From assembly GCA_046290225.1 (NCBI GenBank), contig JBKAGE010000038.1, positions 32,001 through 96,000 of the forward strand: DNA of 64,000 nt, read 5' to 3'. The position numbers and the translations under genes are program-made. The notes beneath the pieces are model-generated. The model had not been told where the DNA came from, did not search any database, and worked only from the letters and a program-made list of their open reading frames with translations. The DNA comes from Bradymonadia bacterium (GTDB lineage: Bacteria; Myxococcota_A; Bradymonadia; UBA7976; UBA1532). Every line of letters begins with the position of its first letter. The first letter of the stretch is position 1. Shown piece after piece: positions 59,244 through 64,000 of this stretch.

Positions 59244-60665
59244 ATGAAGTCTCGCGCCCTGTTCCTTGCTTTGGTGTGTGTGGCTGCGGCCTGTGCAGAG
59301 GATCGCGAGACACGGAGTACTGATGCACCATCTGAGGCCGCACAGCTCACGATCACGCTGACCCCTGAGGGATTGAGCTGGCGCGCCCCCGAAGGACACC
59401 CGCTCAGCGGCGTACAGCTCGTAGCGCCCCCTGGAGCAGTCGATGAATCCGTCGATCTGACCCTCAGGCTCTCTGGCGCCGACATCCCGCTCCCCGCCCG
59501 GGCCTACCCACTGGGCCCCTATGTCACCCTCGAGCCCCAGAGTCTGAAGCTCTCGGCCCCCATCACGGTCACCGTGCCGGTGATCCCCGGTGTCGGCGCC
59601 GCTTCGGGCATCGACATCTACGGGGTCAAGGTCTGGTACCTGCGCGACGACGACTGGGATCTCGTAGATCCTCTGGCGATCCACGACGACTCGACGACGA
59701 TTCAGCTCCAGAGCGGAGGCACACTCGGCGCCGGCGTGAAGTTCGAAGTGCCTGAGGCCATGCTCTCGTGCCCTGAAGGCTGTGACGAGGTTGTTCAGGT
59801 GGCCGACGGCGTACACACGCTCGAGCCGGGCCCGAGACGGGGTGGCGTGCTGCCCTCTCTCGTCGCCACCGAGAATGGCCCGCTCTCCATCGAAGTGACC
59901 GAGCACGATGGCCAGCTGGCGCTCAGCGCTGTCGGCTTCGAAGAGACCACCCTCGTGGAGACGCCCTGGGCCTGGAGCGCCCTGGCTTCAGGTGAGGTCG
60001 AGTCGTTCAGGAGCGGCGCTCAGGTGAGACTCGCCGGTGCTCTCGCGATCTTCGAGCAAGGCGCCGGCCGCCTCGTGACGCCCCTGGCCGACGAGGTGAT
60101 CCTGAGCCTGACCGAGGCGGGCGCCCCAGTGAGCCTCACCCGAGAGGACGATGCCCTCGTCATCCTCGTCGACCACATGCCTCTCGTGACGATCGACCTC
60201 GACCGTACGTTGAGCACTCTGGATCGCTGCACCCAACACGGGTCGATGCTCGCCTGCGCCCTGGGCGGCCATGTGGTGACGGTGAACACCGAGACGGGGA
60301 TGTCTGCGGTCCATCCCCTCCCTTGCAACGGGCCCGGCCAATTCATTGACCTGGAGCTGGCCCCCTTTGGTGAGGCCCTCCAGCCTTGGGTGGCCTGCAA
60401 CGACACCGGCCTCTGGGCGGGTGAGATGCACGTCCTGCCGTCTTTGAGATCGATTGGTGTGGTGACAGGCATCGAACGTGGCCCGGAAGGTGTGCTGGCC
60501 ACCCTCGCCGACGCCTCCGCAGTGGCAGAGATCACCGCCGAGGGCACCACCCACTTCGACTTCGGCGCCCTGGCCCCTGAAGCCACCGCAGAGGCGGTCA
60601 CCTTCGACGGCGCCCAGATCCTCGTGCGGCTGTCCACCGGCGGCATCTTGCGCTTCGCACCCTGA
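59244..60665 (+). CDS. Lipoprotein with a ZU5-like domain and a beta-rich C-terminus
   Basis: Lipobox AAAC; GVQLVAPPGAV and GPYVTLEPQSLKLSAPITVTVP. Confidence 0.65.
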   Translation: MKSRALFLALVCVAAACAEDRETRSTDAPSEAAQLTITLTPEGLSWRAPEGHPLSGVQLVAPPGAVDESVDLTLRLSGADIPLPARAYPLGPYVTLEPQSLKLSAPITVTVPVIPGVGAASGIDIYGVKVWYLRDDDWDLVDPLAIHDDSTTIQLQSGGTLGAGVKFEVPEAMLSCPEGCDEVVQVADGVHTLEPGPRRGGVLPSLVATENGPLSIEVTEHDGQLALSAVGFEETTLVETPWAWSALASGEVESFRSGAQVRLAGALAIFEQGAGRLVTPLADEVILSLTEAGAPVSLTREDDALVILVDHMPLVTIDLDRTLSTLDRCTQHGSMLACALGGHVVTVNTETGMSAVHPLPCNGPGQFIDLELAPFGEALQPWVACNDTGLWAGEMHVLPSLRSIGVVTGIERGPEGVLATLADASAVAEITAEGTTHFDFGALAPEATAEAVTFDGAQILVRLSTGGILRFAP

Positions 60666-60737
60666 GCGCCATCACAATTTGCCACCACAACGGGGTTTCG
60701 CTTTCCTATGGGGCCATCGCCCGCATCTGAGAGCACC

Positions 60738-61838
60738 ATGTACGACGCAGACACCTCCCTGCTCGACCCCCGAATCAACCTGCTCGATCTCGCGCCCGAA
60801 GAGGTCGAGGCGCTGCTGGTCCGTCTGGACACCAGCCGCCACCGGGCCGGTGATCTCTTGAAGGGACTTCACCGGGAAGGTGCCGTCGACATCGAAGATC
60901 TCACCTGTCTCAACGGCAGGCTGCGACGACGGCTCGCCGAAGTGGCCTATATCAAGGCGCCGACGGTGCACACCGAGGCCCGCTCCTCAGACGGCACCAT
61001 CAAATGGGTGATGTCCGTGGGCACCGACGCTGTGGAGACGGTGTACATCCCCGAAGGGCGCCGGGGCACGCTGTGTGTCTCGAGCCAGGCGGGGTGTGCC
61101 CTGGCCTGCACCTTCTGCTCCACCGGTCGTCAGGGCTTCAACCGGAACTTGTCGGTGAGCGAGATCATCGGCCAGCTCTATCGCGCCTCGGCCCGTTTGA
61201 AGGCCCTTGGGGTCGAGACAGGCATCACCCACATCGTGATGATGGGCATGGGCGAGCCCCTGCTGAACTTCAAGGCCCTGGTGAAGGCCCTCAAGCTGAT
61301 GCTCTATCCCCGGGCCTGGGCGCTCTCCCACAACCGGATCACGGTGAGCACCTCTGGGGTGCTGCCGGCGATGGAGCGCCTGAAGGAGGCACTGCCGGTG
61401 TCCATGTCAGTGTCGCTCCACGCCCCCACTGACGATCTGCGAGATGTTCTGGTGCCTCTCAATCAGAAGTACCCCCTTGAGCAGCTCATGGACACGTGCC
61501 GCCGGTACTTCCCTGCAGGGAGCAAGCGGGTCATCACCTTCGAATATGTGATGCTTGACGGCGTGAACGACAGCCTTGAGCACGCCGAGGCCCTGCTCCG
61601 ATGCCTGGACGGCACACCGGGCAAGCTCAACCTGATCCCCTTCAACCCGTTCCCCGGTGCGCCCTATCGCTGCTCGACCGATGCACAGATGCGGGCGTTT
61701 CAAGCGCACCTCGTCGCTGGGGGGCGCAACACGATCACCCGCAAGACGCGGGGGCAGGACATCGATGCAGCGTGTGGTCAGCTGGTGGGCTCGGTCTCTG
61801 ATCGCACCGGGCGAGTCGCCCGCGAGCAGCAACGCTGA
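60738..61838 (+). CDS. rlmN: Dual-specificity RNA methyltransferase RlmN
   Basis: SSQAGCALACTFCSTG, MGMGEP, VSLHAP, IDAACGQL. Confidence 0.96.
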   Translation: MYDADTSLLDPRINLLDLAPEEVEALLVRLDTSRHRAGDLLKGLHREGAVDIEDLTCLNGRLRRRLAEVAYIKAPTVHTEARSSDGTIKWVMSVGTDAVETVYIPEGRRGTLCVSSQAGCALACTFCSTGRQGFNRNLSVSEIIGQLYRASARLKALGVETGITHIVMMGMGEPLLNFKALVKALKLMLYPRAWALSHNRITVSTSGVLPAMERLKEALPVSMSVSLHAPTDDLRDVLVPLNQKYPLEQLMDTCRRYFPAGSKRVITFEYVMLDGVNDSLEHAEALLRCLDGTPGKLNLIPFNPFPGAPYRCSTDAQMRAFQAHLVAGGRNTITRKTRGQDIDAACGQLVGSVSDRTGRVAREQQR

Positions 61839-61841
61839 AGC

Positions 61842-62378
61842 TTACTGCCTGCCCCACAGGATCGAGGCTCGCTTCTCTGCGTGCTCCCGCCGATTGATGA
61901 GCCCTTCGTCGAGAAGATGATCCAGCAACGACAGGCGCTGAGTGCGAGAGCGCTCTATTGTGCCGGACGCTCGCGGTGCCTGAGAGGCAGACGCCGAGGG
62001 TGCGCTTGATGCCGACGTCTCACCTGAGAGAGCCTCGTCGATCAGACGGCCGAGCTTGTCGGTGAGCTGACGCTTCAGCTGGGGCTCGTGCACAAAGTGC
62101 CCTGGGATGCCCGGCACCCGGGCTGTACCGCTGATGCGTACCCCCAGCTGGCAGCTGTGGCCCTCGGGGGCGATGCCCACTTCGAAGGTCAGGTGGCTCT
62201 CTTCACCTTCCAGCACTGCGGTGATGATGGTGGGCGCCTTCTGCTCGATCACCTGCAGACGCTGGCGTCGGCGAGGCCAGCGTCTCAGCGCAGTCAGCAC
62301 CGCTTCGAAGATCTCCTCTGCCCCGCGCTCATGACGACTCACAAGCAGCGCTGGTGTCTCGAGGGTGTGTTGCCCCAT
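61842..62378 (-). CDS. Hypothetical protein with C-terminal SHOCT-like domain
   Basis: RLSLLDHLLDEGLINRREHAEKRASIL; TAATG overlap with the upstream gene. Confidence 0.65.
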   Translation of the reverse strand: MGQHTLETPALLVSRHERGAEEIFEAVLTALRRWPRRRQRLQVIEQKAPTIITAVLEGEESHLTFEVGIAPEGHSCQLGVRISGTARVPGIPGHFVHEPQLKRQLTDKLGRLIDEALSGETSASSAPSASASQAPRASGTIERSRTQRLSLLDHLLDEGLINRREHAEKRASILWGRQ

Positions 62379-63010
62379 TACAGCGTCTCCAGGATCTCCG
62401 CTTTCTTGGCGGCATACTCGTCGTCGGAGATCAGCCCCTGGGCCCAGATGTTCGCCAGGCGCCGCAGGCGCTGCGTGATCTCGTCTTCCTCCGGCTGCCA
62501 GCCGTCCTCTGTCGAGGGCTCGGCCCGTCGCCGATCAGCCTCGGCCCGGGCGCGCTTCGGATCAAAGGCCTCCCGGGCCTTGACTGCCTCGGCCTTGTAG
62601 ACCTCGCGGATCTCCTCATCTTTCATGCCGCCCCGGCGGTACCAGGCCTGCACCACCTTGCCCAGGGCACGAGTGGAGACAAACATCAGCGGGGCCATGG
62701 CCAGCCCGCCGATGAATGGCAGGAACGTCTTCGCCGCCAGGGAGATGGCCCGGGTGCCCAGCCACGACACACCGATGACCGCGCCGATACGGGCCACCAG
62801 CCGCCCCGCCTCGGCATCGGTCACTGTGTGACCGTAGTGGCGACCGATGCCCACCACCATGCCCACGTGGATCGGCAGGATCGCCACCAGCTCGCTCCCG
62901 GGGATCGGCACCAGAGTGGCCGCTGCTGCGCCATAGCTGCAGCCATCGATCAGCAGCCGCACGGCTTTGTCTTTCTCGTCTTGTCGTCTCGGTCGACCAC
63001 GCATTGTCAT
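62378..63010 (-). CDS. DUF697/YcjF-like protein with C-terminal SHOCT domain
   Basis: AAATLVPIPG...IHVGMV..IG..YG; RLRRLANIWAQGLISDDEYAAKKAEIL. Confidence 0.75.
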   Translation of the reverse strand: MTMRGRPRRQDEKDKAVRLLIDGCSYGAAAATLVPIPGSELVAILPIHVGMVVGIGRHYGHTVTDAEAGRLVARIGAVIGVSWLGTRAISLAAKTFLPFIGGLAMAPLMFVSTRALGKVVQAWYRRGGMKDEEIREVYKAEAVKAREAFDPKRARAEADRRRAEPSTEDGWQPEEDEITQRLRRLANIWAQGLISDDEYAAKKAEILETL

Positions 63011-63135
63011 GTATGCCCTCCATCATCGTGTCGGGGTTTTCATATCACGCCCGGGTCGATATATCTGCGGCCCCTTCAGCAGCGCAGCTGTGTCTGCGCC
63101 ATGGACAGCTCGCCCCTTTGACCTGGGAGCCACTG

Positions 63136-64000
63136 ATGAGCCTCTGGTACACCGAGACCTACAACGATCGCACCCGGACCGGCGTCCGGGTCACCGAGAC
63201 CCTCTTCTCTGCGGAGAGCGCCTTCCAGACCATCGAGGTCTTCGACACGCCGCAGTACGGCAAGGTGCTGGTGCTCGACGGCCTGTTTCAGACCAGCGAG
63301 GGCGAGGAGCACCTCTATCACGAGATGCTGGTACACCCGGCCATGACCGTGGCGCCCAAGATCGAGCGCGTGCTGGTCATCGGCGGCGGTGACGGTGGGA
63401 CGGCCCGGGAGGTCCTGCGACACCCCGGTGTGCAGCAGGTGGTCATGGTGGAGATCGATCCCATGGTGGTCGAGGCCTGTAAGACCCACATGCCTGCCCT
63501 CAATGATGGCGCCTTCGAAGATCCGCGGATGACACTGCGCATCGAAGACGCAGTAAAGTACGTCGCCGAGCTGGCGCCGGGCACCTTCGACGTGGCCATC
63601 CTCGACGGCAGCGATCCCGTTGGGCCTTCTGAGGGCCTCTTCAACCGCAGCTTCCACGAGAGCGTGAAGCGTGCCCTCACCGACGAAGGCGTCTTCGCGG
63701 TGCAGAGCGAGAGCCCCATCATCTTCAAAGACGTCTTCGTCGAGCTGGTCCAGCTCATGGCCGAGGTGTTTCCCCAGGCGAAGCCCTGTTTTGGCAACGT
63801 GCCCCTCTACGGCGGCGCTGGCTGGTCCTGGACGGTGGCGAGCATGAACCCCGAGCTCGATCTGCTCGCGCCCAGAGCCGATCGCCTCGAGCACATCGTG
63901 GCCCGCTGCAAGCACTACAACGCCGACATCCACCGCGGCGCCTTCGCCATGCCCAACAACATCAGAGCGATGCTGGAGACGCCGGCTCAGCAGGAGGGCT
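63136..64000 (+). CDS. speE: Spermidine synthase (polyamine aminopropyltransferase); stop just beyond the window
   Basis: Absent from the ORF track. Manual translation gives MSLWYTE...GKVLVLDG.FQ...YHEMLVH...RVLVIGGGDGGTAREV...VEID...DGSDP.GP. Confidence 0.95.
   Translation, partial: MSLWYTETYNDRTRTGVRVTETLFSAESAFQTIEVFDTPQYGKVLVLDGLFQTSEGEEHLYHEMLVHPAMTVAPKIERVLVIGGGDGGTAREVLRHPGVQQVVMVEIDPMVVEACKTHMPALNDGAFEDPRMTLRIEDAVKYVAELAPGTFDVAILDGSDPVGPSEGLFNRSFHESVKRALTDEGVFAVQSESPIIFKDVFVELVQLMAEVFPQAKPCFGNVPLYGGAGWSWTVASMNPELDLLAPRADRLEHIVARCKHYNADIHRGAFAMPNNIRAMLETPAQQEG

Noticed and set aside
63076..63933. 285-aa minus-strand ORF
   Set aside because: It is the antisense shadow of speE.

Overview
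A GC-rich, gene-dense bacterial chromosome segment with about 48 CDS. Cys-rich lipoproteins with Asp/Pro-rich linkers, Hanks-type Ser/Thr kinases, a PadC-like ParB protein and a ferrochelatase with a Cys insertion suggest a Myxococcota- or Bradymonadia-like organism (inference). Housekeeping genes include htpG, hemH, yacG, epmA, birA, coaX, a fused 2-oxoacid dehydrogenase E1, sppA, cls, an agmatinase-family enzyme, rlmN and speE. These are interleaved with many exported lipoproteins. I found no rRNA, tRNA, CRISPR array, integrase, transposase or reverse transcriptase. The main candidates for a second look are: (1) a 31.8-44.1 kb run of exported lipoproteins combining an EEP hydrolase, a BPI/LBP-like protein, PhoD, a PLD fused to three lamin-tail domains, and PPC-like and Cys-rich proteins; (2) a sigma54-promoter gene for a Cys/Met-rich lipoprotein whose terminator carries two anti-Shine-Dalgarno motifs; (3) a STAND ATPase-TPR-wHTH regulator with a candidate operator facing a YD-repeat lipoprotein and a heptaheme-TPR gene; (4) a PadC-like gene with no bactofilin neighbours. 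All family calls come from reading motifs by eye, not from database searches.
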